Origin: Eledone cirrhosa
Taxonomy: Eukaryota
DNA length: 64,000 nucleotides
Direction of reading: 5' to 3'
Assembly: GCA_964016885.1 (NCBI GenBank)
Contig: OZ024742.1
Span: 106,950,001-107,014,000, forward strand
Both the position numbers and the translations under genes were made by a program. Under the pieces are notes generated by a model. It had not been told where the DNA came from, did not search any database, and was given only the letters and a program-made list of their open reading frames with translations. This document shows positions 13,321-27,105 of the stretch, piece after piece. Each line of letters starts with the position of its first letter. Position 1 is the first letter of the stretch.

Positions 13321-14254
13321 ATTGATTGCCAGGGTCATTGCTATGCTGGAAAACATGATTTTCTGTATTCAGTTGCATTACTTTACATTCTGGTTTCAAA
13401 TTCAGGTCATGATTGAACAGGCCTATGGTTAGTGACTAGTCATGATTATGTTTCTACACATTGTTTTCTATATTAAAGGCTACAGTATCAAATGAGTTCT
13501 TTATTTTAATACAATAGGTTGAGATTAAAGAGGTATTTGTCTGCAATTTCTAGCAGGTCGAGCTAGAATCAACATTATTACACAGCCATATATGAAAGTC
13601 AATTTTTCTTCCCCCTATACTAGTTGCTTTTTTAAATACATATGATCTACTCTCATTTATTTATATTTATTCAACATTGACTACAAATAATGCTGTGTAG
13701 TGTTGTGTGTAGTGGTCAACAGTAACAGCACAAACTAGCCAATGAAAAGGTGTCCCATTCTTTCAATCTTTCTGCTTCTCTAATGTACAGAACTTCATGT
13801 GGATGTTATCTCATGGTCGTTGTGTACAGAACAGAAAAGGTGTTATCCGGAGGAGAGCAGAAGAGATGAATTGAAAAATAAAACATTTCAATTCACATTC
13901 TTGCTATTAAGGTAATAACACCATGCCATCTCTTTCTGTCCTTTTCATTTTCTCTGCCACCATTCTCTCTCTCTCCATTATATACCATCAGCACCATATC
14001 CATTGTTTTATACATATCATCCAACTATCAGTTATCACATACACAGCTATATACACAGATGGAGGAAAATAATGCAGCTGCTACTGTGCAGTCTAGACAT
14101 CCGGTGGAAGTGGTAGTGGAGGGGAAAGGGGGGTCACATGGACTAACCATAAATTTATATAGAAATAGCAATGGCTGAAAATACCTTATGGTTAGAAACA
14201 TTCTCCGAGTCCTTGTTCTCAGTAAGACAAACAGCACTGTGGTTGCATCACATT

Positions 14255-14510
14255 AAACATTTTAAGTTTTTAGTTTACTGCAAATTTTCACAATGATCTG
14301 TCTGCTAGTATAAAAATGCTATAAATATTTTAATTAAAAAAAAAACCTTTTTAGATATTTTCTGCTAAATCATTACAGGATGTTAAGAGTTAACGCTGCA
14401 CATTTTCACAACAGTCTGTCCACCAGTAAAGATACTACAAACATTTGGAATTAACAAACACATTTCTAAATATATTTTGCTAAATCATTATAGGATGCTA
14501 AGAGTCAACC
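14255..14510. repeat. Tandem duplication of a TTAA-terminated repeat end (family D)
   Basis: Two ~115-nt units, attttcacaa...ctgtc...agta...ctaaatcatta.aggatg.taagagt.aa. Related ends lie at 7717-7812, 37540-37740 and 40000-40112. Confidence 0.6.
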
Positions 14511-16644
14511 TCAATTCTACAGTCCACTTGTTTTTGTTGTTGTTTAGAGGCAGGTCAGTTCCAATTGTGTGGGTCTATGGTCAAGAGTGTTCAAGCCATG
14601 ATTACAAGATGTTAATAACTAAGGTAAATTAGCAGAGCCATTAGAACACAGGACAAAATGTCTTGTGGTATTGTTCTGGTTCTTTGCACTCTAAGTTCAA
14701 ATCCCTCTCAGATCAACTTTGTCTCTCATCCTTTTAGACACATTAAAATAAAGTGCCAGTTCAGAGTGGTGGGTTGTGGATTGGTGGAATTGTTTTGAGT
14801 GTCAGACATGGTGCCTTCCAATATTCATTTGAATTCTTTGTATTCTGAATTCAAATCACACTGTGGTGGACTTAATCCGCCACCTGATTTAATACCATCA
14901 CCTGGTTCTCAGATGCTTTTAGCAAAATTCAGTCTGTATGCTGTGAGAGGAGGAGGGGGGAGGGGGGGGGGGGGGGGGGTCCTGTCAATTTTCCCCTATC
15001 AAATGTCACTTACAGGGCATTAGTTAACTCGAGGCTATAGTGCTAAACATCTGCAAAAATTCATGGTCATTGACAACTGTGGGCCCATGCAATCACCATT
15101 CATAATTCATGAAGAAGAGCAACAATGTTATGAGGGAAATTCTGGATGTTGATGAGAATAAACTAGACAGTTTTCAGCTTTAGAATTGTCGAAAAGCTTG
15201 AGAAACCCTTTGTGACCAAGTAAGGTTATCAGGGTACCTGTTTGTTTGAGATAAACTCACAGGCATAAAAATGCCAACAGTTTGACCTGTCTGAGATACT
15301 CACAGAGCAATTAAACAATTCTACAGGTACTTGCTCACTGTAGCAGTATGGCTAAGTTGTAAGTTATGTCTAACAGCTCTTGTTGCATGTAGGATGGATC
15401 AGGTTATTGGTCAAGAATTCATCCTGCTGTATTCCTTTGGCCAAGAAGAGAAATCAGTTTTCTGCAAAACTGGTTATATGACGAGAATGACTGAAAGGAA
15501 GGAGGACTCATCGTCTGCAAGTTCCACTTGGAGAAAAAGGTGAGCGTGGAAAGTGATATAATTATTTCATTATTCTTGAATTAAGAATAAGTACTACTTG
15601 CCATAAAGTGACACTACAAAGGCACTCTGCTACTATCTTTCCCAGACATCAAAGGGATTAAAAAACAAACAAATTTGAGTGAGGGAGTAACAAAAGTATT
15701 TCCTCTGCAGAAGGATTGTTTTACAGGTGTAGAGATTAAATTAGGTGTAAAATATGGCTGAATATTTTCCTGTTGGTGCCAAAACTATGAATCACCAATT
15801 CACGAAGATGTTTTTTTCAGGTACATTACAACCCCACCTAACCAGCAGATTTTTAAATCATTTAACAGAGCTATTGTTGAATATTAACTGAGACAAAACC
15901 CGAGTTCTCTTAATTATAGCTCATACCTATGAACACACACACACACAGAGGAAGATATATTTTTATAAAATAAGAAATACATGTGTTTTAGAACTCATGC
16001 AGTCCCAAATAAAGACAAATAATTGTTTTTACTTTTGGCACAAGGCCAGTAATTACCCCCAGTACATTACTGGTGCTTTATTTTATCGACCTCGTAAGGA
16101 TAAAGGGCAAAGTTAACCTCGGCGGGATGTGAACTCAGATTGTAAAGGGCCGTAACTCTATACTGCAAAGCATAGCATCCGACCCTCTACTGATACTGCC
16201 AATGTACACAACACACATATACAGAATGTATATTTTTTGCTTAGTTGGTGTAGACCATTCCAAGACATGTAATTCTTGCAAATACATGTACAGACCTTTT
16301 GAAATGTCTGGACACAAAACTATTACAAGCCCATTCTATATTCACTACCACACAACACACCACCACACAACATACTACCACAGAACACATCAGACAACAC
16401 AATTTTCTTTCCTGGACTCAATTTTTTTGTGCTGGGCTAAATTCAATTTAATGAATTCTAAGAAATATAAGTGATCAACCAAGTCTCTTTTGTCTTCCTT
16501 TCCTGCAATAACAACTTAAACCTAGATTGCAAAATGGCTTGGAAAGCAGCTACACAAAACATGTCATGATATAAATATTATTGCAACCCATGCAATTAAA
16601 CACTGCATTACAGATTGTGCATTGCCACCTCAGAGATATTTGAA

Positions 16645-16745
16645 TGCACACAACATAACAGAATGTACATATAGGAGTGCACACAACATTACAGAATGTG
16701 CCTATAGGAGTGCACACAACATTACAGAATATACATATAGAATGT
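16645..16745. repeat. ~32-bp tandem repeat x3
   Basis: tgcacacaacat.acagaat.t.c.tatag repeated. Confidence 0.8.
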
Positions 16746-16993
16746 GCCTCATCAATTCTGATCTACCTAAAGCATGACATAGTCTTAATCTGTATATAGC
16801 TACCTAATATTCATTCAGTTCAATTACCCTCATGCTAACAACAGGAATGGAGGCAGAAGTACAAAAACAATTCTAAACACACACCATACACAAACCAAGA
16901 TATTTTACACAGAGAACTATAGCTATGTCAACAAAACAGTAAAATATCCTCCTTACACAACTGTTGGCAAGGAAATATTTGATCCCTAGTATA

Positions 16994-17309
16994 CAGTGTA
17001 CCCCCGGCATTCGCAGTCCCGGTTATTCGCAGAATTTTCTTTAGAACCTAATTAATAATTGTTCGTGGAAACCACCGCATATTTACAGAATCTTAAATAT
17101 CTTCCGCGATTTTTTAATGGCTTTTTTCGTGGCAATATATATTTTTTCACTTTTTTAAGGCTAAATTATTAATAAAAATATACCATATTTTACATTATGT
17201 TATAACATTTATAGGCATTATTATGGACCACGTCCAATATTCATGGTTTTTCACACTTCGCGGGTGCTCTAGGAACATATCCTCCACAAATACCGGAGGG
17301 GGACAACTG
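16994..17309. mobile_element. pogo/Tigger-like MITE, TA TSD
   Basis: TA|CAGTGTACCCCCGGCATTCGC...CAAATACCGGAGGGGGACAACTG|TA imperfect TIRs. Confidence 0.75.
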
Positions 17310-20300
17310 TATAGATAAAATTGAAACTAGGCTAAAAGAATCTTCATAAATCAATAACAGTAACCTTTATATTTAGACAAAAACGTTTTGACAATAAAGA
17401 TAATTTAATAGTAGACTTCCCTTAAGAAGTTGTTGAAAGAAACAATAAAAGTTATTCCAACATCTAGTTTGTTACCTCATTATGCTGAGATCAAATCATG
17501 TCATGGTCAATTAATGAATTTAACATAATGTGTGTTGTACTTAACAAAGAATCTGACATCTTTTATTGAGAAAGTGGAGTTTAGATGGTAATAGTGGTTA
17601 ATGTGATAATTTCACTGCATCATGTTTTCATAACCAATCAAAAGACTTTCATTGTGTTACCTTACACAAGCCACATTGATCTACACTTCATCTACTAATC
17701 TGAGTTCACTTAAAGAGAAGATTTGTTACACTCACTGAGTAACTATTTGGAATGAGAAATTCAGTCAGCTTGTAAATCAGTTGCTCCAACAAGGTTGTTG
17801 TGAGCCATTCATGGAGCTTGTATCTGGTTACATGACTTGCTAATAATAGCAGTCAAATCTCCATCAAATTACACTGTACTCATCTTAAAAGGAGAAATGT
17901 GTCTGTCTTAGATACTATAGTCTTGAATATAATATACTTTAAACAAAGACAAGGAGTTCATAATAAGTCCATTCAATCAGAACCTATGAGAGCCAAAAGG
18001 TAAAATTTCAACTTAAGATTGTAAACAGACCGCATACTCCTCTCTAAGAGAAGTTAATACCACATTACAGCAGACAAGAAAAAAAGAACATATGATAATG
18101 ATAATGGTGATAATGAGGATGGTGGTGATGGACGATTATAATGGGGATGAGGATGATGACGATGATAATAACAGAATAGCAACTATTGAAATTTTATTGA
18201 TTAAAGAACTGAAATGAAAGAGAAATAATATAACAAAGTTGAGAGAAGAATAGTTGGAAGAAGAGGAAAGATGATATGTTGAAATGAGTGGAATTGTAAT
18301 AAATGGAACAGTTTGGGGGTATTTAGAATGGCAGAGTTCCAGTAGATGCTGATAGTCTATTGATTACAGTAGATCAATAAGCAAGTACTAAAAGATATCA
18401 ATCTCAAGATGGATATAATATCAACTACAAAATAACAACTAGTAAGATGTGATCTCAGAGAAATGGTCAATATCAGGTAAGAATAAGGAACTATACAAGA
18501 ATAGCCCACACTGCATATGATAAAAGGTAAGTAAAAGGATTGGAAACAGGAAGGGCATCTGGCCAGAAAATTCTACCTTAGAAAATTTATCTAATCCATG
18601 CCAACATGGAAAAGCAGCCATTTAAGAACAGTAATGATTGTGTATATCAGTGTGGAGGTGATTGAGGGAGGTGGAGAATATGTGAATAAGTACAAATCAG
18701 GAGTGTGCGGGTTTTTTACAAAATAGTATGGCAGCACACATGCCCGAATGTGTGTGTGCGCGCGCGCATGTTTGCTTTTCATATACTGCTCGTATGTGTG
18801 CTTTTGCAGGTGAATGTAAGTGTATGCATATAGGTGTGCTTTTACAGTTAAGAATGTGTGTACCTGTGTGTGCATGTTGAGTACATAACAGAAAGAAAAT
18901 GTAAGCTTAACACAATCTACATGAAAGTGTGTGTGTGTGAAGTTGTGCATGAATGTGAGTGGCATACATAATTGTTAGTGTATGTAAGCCTATTCCACTC
19001 AGCTGGCTAAAATACCTGTAATTCAAAGGGCCAACATGTCACACACTATGTTACACTGAATCTCCATGTGAGCTATGTCATGATTACACACATCTGATGA
19101 ATGCACAGCAACTTGCACATTAATTTCATAAGCAAGCTGTTCCATTGTTTAAACAGCTGCACAACTTGTTGTTGGAAATGATGGAGGGCCAACACATATA
19201 TGAGTAGAAAATAATGTTGGAGTGTGTGTGTATAATTTTGTCTACAAGTGCATAAGTGAGTGGGTGAGAAACAAGGGAGAGGAGCTTGATACTAACAACT
19301 AACAACGGCAAAGAATAATAACCATCTTTCTCGCTCTTTCTCCCTGTTATAAAAGAAATTATTAGTCAAAGGATTTATTTATTTACTACCTGAAATTTTC
19401 CCATTCTGCTTGAATACAACATTCTATTTATTAATCAGTTGTGAAATGGTTCAACTAGTGGGAGGTGGTTTAAAGTGAAAAACACGAGAGCTGACTGGAA
19501 TATATATAAAAAATATCCATCTGTAGTTCTTTAAAATTTATGCACACAATGCATTTCCTATTGTTACAATAAGAAGTTTGCTTTCCAGTCACAAGGTCCT
19601 GGATCCTGATTATACATTTCCTCTATAAATAGTTATATCTCCAAGGTTTCTCATACATATAATCCTGTATGACATTTGTACATACATGCTGAACATTTAC
19701 GTAATTATATCCTAAAGTTTATTGTTAAAATGATTTTTATCTTTAATCACTTCCACGTGTAAGTAATCAACATAAAATATAGGGCTTCTTTTATGTAAAC
19801 CATAAATTTATCAAAATGCAAATTTTTCAATTTGTGTGATGGTTCATATATCCAGCAATTCTGGTATAAATGACATACCAATCAGGAGCTCCAAAAACTT
19901 AATATGCTCAATGCAATTGCTGTTATTATTGGCAGCACTAGTCCACTAGTTGGTAAATAGCATTTAAAACATGATCAACGAAAAAGTAGTGCAGTTTTGT
20001 AGAGAAAGAAGGAGCAATCTGTGGCTAAACTAAGCAGCACAGAAAACGTTCAGCAACCAGGGGCAGATAACTCAGGATAACCAGCATCCACTGGAGATGA
20101 GAGGAATTACACTAATTGATTTCTTTTGACTTGAATATAAAATAACCTTTTTCTATGGAGGGATTTGATGTTCTACTGTTTCCAAGTTCACTGTTTCACA
20201 TAAATTACACTAAGTAATCATGTATAAGTTTGCATATGCACATACACACACACATAATTCTCTCTTTCTTTCTCTCTCTGTGTATTCACACATACATCAT

Positions 20301-20569
20301 TATCATTACATCGACTTTTCCATACTAGCATGGGTTAGATGGGACTTTTGAGGCAATAGTTTACAACCAGATGCCTCTCCTAACACCAACACTTTTAGTT
20401 GCTTCTTAGGACATGTATTGATATGGTGTACCTATTTTAAACCATATGTACACATGCACGTTTGTGTGTTTGTGTGTGTACACACACACACACACATCGT
20501 ATAGTTAAAATTTCATATACTTAACATGTATGTGTTGATCCGAAACCTTAGGTTCCGCATACGTATTAA

Positions 20570-20785
20570 CCCTTTCACATTTACATTACTCTATATTTAC
20601 TATTGTATTTTCACAGTAAATACTTTATTGCACATAATTATCTCACATAAAATCGATAATGGGATTTTGATATTTATTTTGAGAACAATACCTTAACATC
20701 AGTATGAGCAGCCAGTTTCAGCCAGTTTGAACAGAAAGAGGTGAGGGAATTCTGGCCAGATGCAGCCAGTTTAAATACTAAAGGA
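20570..20785. mobile_element. piggyBac-type MITE family E, opposite orientation
   Basis: TTAA|CCCTTTCACATTTA...TAAATACTAAAGGA|TTAA; the interior is the reverse complement of the 10651 copy. A partial copy lies at 31455-31658. Confidence 0.78.
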
Positions 20786-20864
20786 TTAAATCAGCTCTCT
20801 TGCAATAGACTGAACATTGTTTTCCTTGATTTTTTATCTACGAATATCCTGCATATATATATAT

Positions 20865-22195
20865 ATCACCATTAAACATCCAATTTCCAAGTTAGCATGG
20901 ATGTTAGATGAGTCGTCCCATTGTGAGGCAAGCCAAGTCAGATGACCGTGGTCATGCTGATACAGAACTGATTTTGGCTTGGTTTCTACTGCTGGATGCC
21001 CTTCCCAATGCCAATGACATTTGCAGTGTGTACTAGGTGCTTTTTGTCATGACACCTACACAACCACTTTATAGTGTGGACTGGATGTTTTTTGTTGTGT
21101 CACCAACATGACCACTTTACAGTGTGGACTGGTGACTTGGATGGGGGAGGTGTATGGAGATCGGGGAGGTAGATCTAGGGACATGTGTGAGGAATGGGGT
21201 GTTAGGACGTGTTATGATGTGGGAGTTATATGGAAGGGGTGATGGAAGGGAATGTGGTACATTCTAGGTGTATGCCTCAACCCATACACATGGGATGGCG
21301 GGTCATCTGTATTACTAATCACGGTCCTGTCATCAGCTTTGAGAGATGCAATTGCGCAAGGTCAGCTTTTATCACCTCATCCCAAATCTTCCTATTCCTT
21401 AACTTCCATCAACTTTGAGCACACTACACCTTTTTATACAGCTGTCATCCTCATTACGTATCGCATGTCCATACCAACACAATCTCCTCTCCTGCACACT
21501 GCATCTGACTCCTCTTATACCTAGTTTCTCTCTCAGTTTATTTATGCTTTGCTATTCATGTATATTACTATATATTACTATTATACATCCATGGAAGCAT
21601 GGAAGCTTCCTTTCTTTCCAATCCCCACAGGTCTCCTGTACACAGTGCCCAGGTCTCACTACTATGCCCAATGCTGTTCATATACATGCATCATATAATC
21701 TGGCTTTTATTTTGAAAGAAAAGCCTTTTGTAGTTAGCAGCAGTAGTAGTTCCTTGAACTTTCTCCAACCTGTTCTCTTTCGAAACACCTCCACAGTTAA
21801 TTTGGTCACATTGATAACAGAAACTATCTACTACTTCTATAGAGTCCTCTGGGGATTTGAAGGAGCTAGTATCTTGTGGGCTCTTGCTACTTACTGCACT
21901 ACATTCTTTGTTAGCCTGCCTGAGATCCCACTACATCTCTTGCATACCAATAGTTTGATTTGGGACATAGGATGGAATTTCTACCTACTCCTTTTCTACA
22001 CACTGAACAAGACCCTGAGGAAATGTGAGCCCTGTTTTCCTTTCTACATACTTGGACTTTGATCTTTGACAAGTTAACTTTAAGATCTTTTGATTCTAGG
22101 CCATGCTTCCAGGTTTGGAATTTCTCCTCTAATGCTGCCATTAATTCGGCTAGGTCATCTGCATACAGAAGATCCCATAGGCAGCCAGTCTTAAA
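20865..22195 (-). mobile_element. Degenerate RTE-type LINE (RT C-terminal half, Cys-rich insertion, 3' UTR)
   Basis: ORF 21911..22198 WDLLYADDLAE...GLESKDLKVNLSKIKV...CSVCRKGVGRNSILC; frameshifted continuation; family C 3' UTR at 20865-21130. Confidence 0.82.
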
Positions 22196-23738
22196 CATGA
22201 AACCATCCCTGGTTCTAAGATATAAAACTATTTGTTTTTAAATATTTATAGTTGTCTAAAAAATTTTCATCATAACTTTATGTAAGAAAGTTAGTTATAT
22301 TACTAAACCCCTTCAAATTTTTATTTTAAAAATTATATGCAATGACTTTCATTAGAAATATGGTGATGAAAGGGTTAGTAGGTGCACATGACCTAAATGA
22401 CTTCTGAAAATCAGTGCTATGTCTACTTTCACTGTTTAGAAACTGAGAAAATAGACACTGAGAAAATAGACACCAAAAAAAAAAAAAAAAAAAAACAATC
22501 AATGCAAATATTCTAATTTGCAAAACTATACAACTTATGATGGAAATCTGTAAGTTTTAGAAACATTCTCAAGAATGTCGCTCCTTACAAGATGGAATAA
22601 AACTAAAATAAGTTGCTGAATTAATAAATATAATTCTGTTAAAGTTCATAATGAAATAACAATAACTACAACTCGCACACAGGGGCAAGGGGATCTTTGT
22701 CAAGGACAAAATGAAACTTAGAATTGCTAAGCACCAAATTCCCAGAGGAAGACACAACAGTTAAAGAGATTACTTTACGTGAACAGAGAAAAAAATATAT
22801 AAAAAAATTAAATTATACAAAACAAAAAACAAAATAAAATGACATATGAGATGTCGAATTGGCTGTATGCCAGTAAGGATCTAGTTAGGAATATTCTTGA
22901 AAATATATTTTAGATAAGAGATAGAAGAATACTCAAGATTTAAACAAGCATTTTCAAAGCTGTAATTGTGTGTGTATGCACATGTGAGTATTTGTGCATA
23001 TGTATGCGTGTGTGTCTGCATGTATTATTTTGATTCCAGCCCACCCATAACTACCCACTTTAAAGGATTCATATTTAAATAGATATCTTCTAACATAATT
23101 TTATATAAGAACCAGATGTTAATTTATTATCTTAGTAATAAAATAATTAATTCTTTCTAACTGGGTGGAGGGTAAACTTTATTATATCGACCCCAGTACA
23201 TAACAGGTACTTGACGAAAGGCAAAGTTGACCTCATAAATACAGCAAAGCATTTTTTCCGTAATTTATTCAATTGCAATGTAATCTATTAAAAATTTGGT
23301 AATGGGTTAAATACATAATATTGGCCAATTGTGAGCAGAGCATTAGACAATCTGAACAGTGGTAGACAATAACATATTTGTGGCTACTCACAGCAAATGC
23401 AGTTGTCTATTTTTTGATAATGAATATATAAAATTAACTTATTTAAAAAAGATGAAAAATCATTCTGATCTTCAAAGAACTTAGACTGTATATAAACAAC
23501 TTCCCAATTATATAGTCTAAACAACTTGATTGTCATGGAGCCATTTTGGATAGGATCACACCTTAGAAAACTTACTATTTGAATTTGTTTTCTAGATTCT
23601 TGTTTAAATTTGGATATGAAATTAATAAAACCTGACCACTTCAAATAAGTTATATGAATGAGTGTTCAACATATGTATGTATGCACCCATAACTCCTCAT
23701 GGAATCATAGGGGTATGGTGTGTTTTGGGCACCTTTAA

Positions 23739-23946
23739 CCCTTTAGCATTTAAACCAGCCGTTAACGACCAGATTTTTCTCACCTCTTTCTGTTCAAAAT
23801 GACTATAACTGGCTGCTCATAATTATGTTACAACATTGTTCTCAAAATAAATAATATCAAAATCTCGTAGATTCGATACTATGTGAGATAATTATGAGAG
23901 AATGTGTTTACAATAGTATATAGAGAGTAATTTAAATGCTAAAGGG
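23739..23946. mobile_element. piggyBac-type MITE family E (208 bp)
   Basis: Perfect 16-bp TIR CCCTTTAGCATTTAAA/TTTAAATGCTAAAGGG with TTAA/TTAC flanks. It splits another repeat that is seen uninterrupted at ~4044-4160. Confidence 0.88.
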
Positions 23947-24317
23947 TTACACCTGGCAGAGTTCATCACCGTTTTTAATTAGAACATAGGAAATTTCTTC
24001 CAGAGAAGGAGTGGGAGATTGTGTGTGAGAGAAAGAGAGCTAAAGGAAGAATTAGTACCCAAACTGGAGTGGAACGTCTTTTATCAATTTCGAAAGGGTG
24101 AAAGGCAAAGTATTCAACATATGTGTAAAAACTCCATTAAGGTGGCAAAGTGGCAGAGTTGTGAGAACAATGTATAGAATACTTTGTAGTATTTGTTCCA
24201 GTTTTCTGCACTCTGAGTTCAAATCCCACCAAGGTCAACTTCGCCTTTCATCCTTTTGGGAGTTGATAAATAAAGCACCTGTTCAATACTGGGATTGATT
24301 CTCCTTTTCTCCCCCAA

Positions 24318-24391
<74 letters not shown>

Positions 24392-25024
24392 CATTTATGT
24401 TATGTTTACCAATGGGTAGAACCAGTGACTCCAGTTAGTAAACGATGATGTAATAATTAAAGCACTCACCATTATGCAAATCAACCATTGTATATGTGGT
24501 ATCCCATGGCTGGTGCAGGAACAGAGTTAAATATTCATTATAAATATTCATTATAAACAATAGAAGGCTGGACTAGAAACTTTCTTTAAAGTTTTAATTT
24601 TGTGAAAACACTATATGTATTTCAATGGCCAAGTTTCATCATCCAATCATGATGCAAGACTTAGGTGATTTCATCAGGTGTTGATTGCATAATCAGTTAT
24701 ATAAGATAACACAATTACGTTGAACACAAACAAATAGAGGCTAGATTTGGTTTTGGGATGACTCACCAATTTAGTATTATAGTAACAGCAAACCATCCCT
24801 GAATGTATTACACCCCCCCCCCCCCACACACACACAAATGTGGGAGAAATTGGCTGTATTCCAGCCTGGAGATGGATGGCGCCCCTACGACTCCATCAAG
24901 AGTTACGGGCACCTTAGATGGCAGAAGCTACTTTATAAGGTTGTGATGTTATTCAGTACTTCCAGCTATCTTCACTTGAGAAGATTCATTGCATATAGAT
25001 TGGTGATCAACAATCTGTCAATGC

Positions 25025-25180
25025 CCATTACATTCACTATACCCAATATACCACCCAACATTCACTACATTCAATGTACCACCCTACAACCACTACATTC
25101 AATATAACACCCCACATTCACTACACGCAATATACCACCCCACTTTCACTACATTCAATGTAGCACCTCACATTCAACAC
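25025..25180. repeat. Degenerate tandem repeat
   Basis: cattcactacattcaat.tacc.ccc units repeated about 5 times. Confidence 0.65.
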
Positions 25181-26522
25181 ATTAGATGCCTTACATTATA
25201 ACCAGCATACCAAACATACATAGCATGTTACATTTCATACAGGAGATCATATATTTCATGCATGTCTGATTTGGTAGAATTGTCAGTCAAAATGCCTTGT
25301 GATATGTATTTAGTTACATCCTTTTACATAAGAAAGCTAAACTACTACAGCTATCACATGCGACTGAGTATGACATTTTAATTTAAATAAGAACCCTTTA
25401 AAATAGCTGGTTTTGTTTCACAAAACCAAGGCTGGTTTTGGTCAAGTTTGTGTCAAAAGGGTTAGATAATCAGTTAGTTTGTGTATTTACCATTTGTATA
25501 GGTCAAATGAAAAGTAAGTCTGTTGTCTGTATTTTATTTTTAGATCAGTTATTACTACAACAACTTACTATAAAACAACTATAATCCAAAGAATTCAAGT
25601 GAAAAGCCATCAGGTTTATTAACAAAGATTCAATTTCAAACATGTTACAAACACTAGTCTACATATACACTGCTTTGTCTATTGCTATTCTAATGTAGCC
25701 TTCACTGTTGAGACCTCTGGTATCCTCAGTTCCTCAACTGCCATTTTCCTCTGCAAAATTGGGAGGAGTTCATCCTTCCTAAGGAAGGAACTCTGTGAGG
25801 TAAAGTGGCTGATGTAGCTGATGTTGCTGGTTGTCTTCTACAGCAATACTTTTGCCATTTTGTACTTGGGGCACAGCTAAGATATACCATCTAGACAGGA
25901 ATGTAGAGTCTGTTGTTCCCTGACTGCCCCCTCCTTACTTTTGTTATTTGAATTTTTCCTTTTTCTTTTATTGCAAACATTAATTTAATTGAAATTTGCT
26001 AAATAAAAAATGTCACATTGGTACATGCTTCTTCTTCTCCTCACCTTGTTACCCCAACTGTGTATTACCACCCTGAACTAGAACAGTTTCTTTAATATCC
26101 TGCCTCACCAATTAATACATTTTTAAAATCTCCCTTTGATCATCTTTTCCATCCAGACATCAACTACAATGGCTATAGGCAATGGTGGTGGAGCTGGTGC
26201 TGCTGCTGGTGGTCATCATTTTTACATTGACTTTTACATGATGACAGGAGTTGGACATGACTTTTTAAGGCAAGCTTTTATAACCAACTGCCCTGCCTAC
26301 ACACACATACATACAAAACTCACATTCTCAACACAAACACGTTCAACAAACACACGCACATACTAACACACACACAAACATACCCTCAATACACAGATAC
26401 GCACATACACTTCCTCAACATTTGCATACACATACATCCTCAATACATATACACTTGATGTAAAATATTTTATTTCATTAGAAATTTATCTTGAATATTT
26501 TCAAGGGATGACAGAGTTAGTA

Positions 26523-26731
26523 CCGTATATACTCGAATCTAAGCCAATATGAATATAAGCTGACCCTACTATTTTATGTCTAAGAAATGGGTAAAAATCC
26601 AAACCTCATTTACGTAGAATTTAAAGTTAGTGAAAATCGTCAAAATATTGACCCCGAATTACAAACTAACCCCATTTCTACCATCGATGTTTTAGTCACA
26701 TTTTCCTCAGCATATATTTAAGTATAAACGG
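26523..26731. mobile_element. Tc2/pogo-like MITE, TA TSD
   Basis: TA|CCGTATATACTCGAATCTAAGC...GCATATATTTAAGTATAAACGG|TA. Confidence 0.75.
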
Positions 26732-27041
26732 TAATTCCTCCAGAACCAACAAATAAACAACACATTCACCGTTGTTGCAATGTGAAGGACAAGAGGTTTG
26801 TTGGTTTCATCTAACTAATTACACATTCATAAATAATTCCTATTAACTGAAGAATTCAATGCAAAACTAATTTACAATGGATTGCACCTATTTGGGACAC
26901 ATTCTAATCAACAATAAGAGAAATGATTTCTTAATTAGTCAATGATGCCTTGAGCAATTAGACGAACCAATGACTGAATATTAGATTTTTTTAATTAACA
27001 ACTAATGATACAATTCTGGCACTAAATCTATATGGTTAGTG

Positions 27042-27105
<64 letters not shown>

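Noticed and set aside
14948-14979. Long G-run with G-quadruplex potential
   Set aside because: Simple homopolymer like others in the window (6477, 29725, 57753); length is unreliable and there is no supporting context.
15020-15600. Moderately GC-rich block with a + strand AAG|gtgagc donor and a 70-aa ORF
   Set aside because: No recognisable protein motif or convincing acceptor; probably an old LINE remnant that I cannot classify by eye.
21415-22062. 215-aa + strand ORF
   Set aside because: It is the antisense shadow of a degenerate minus-strand RTE.
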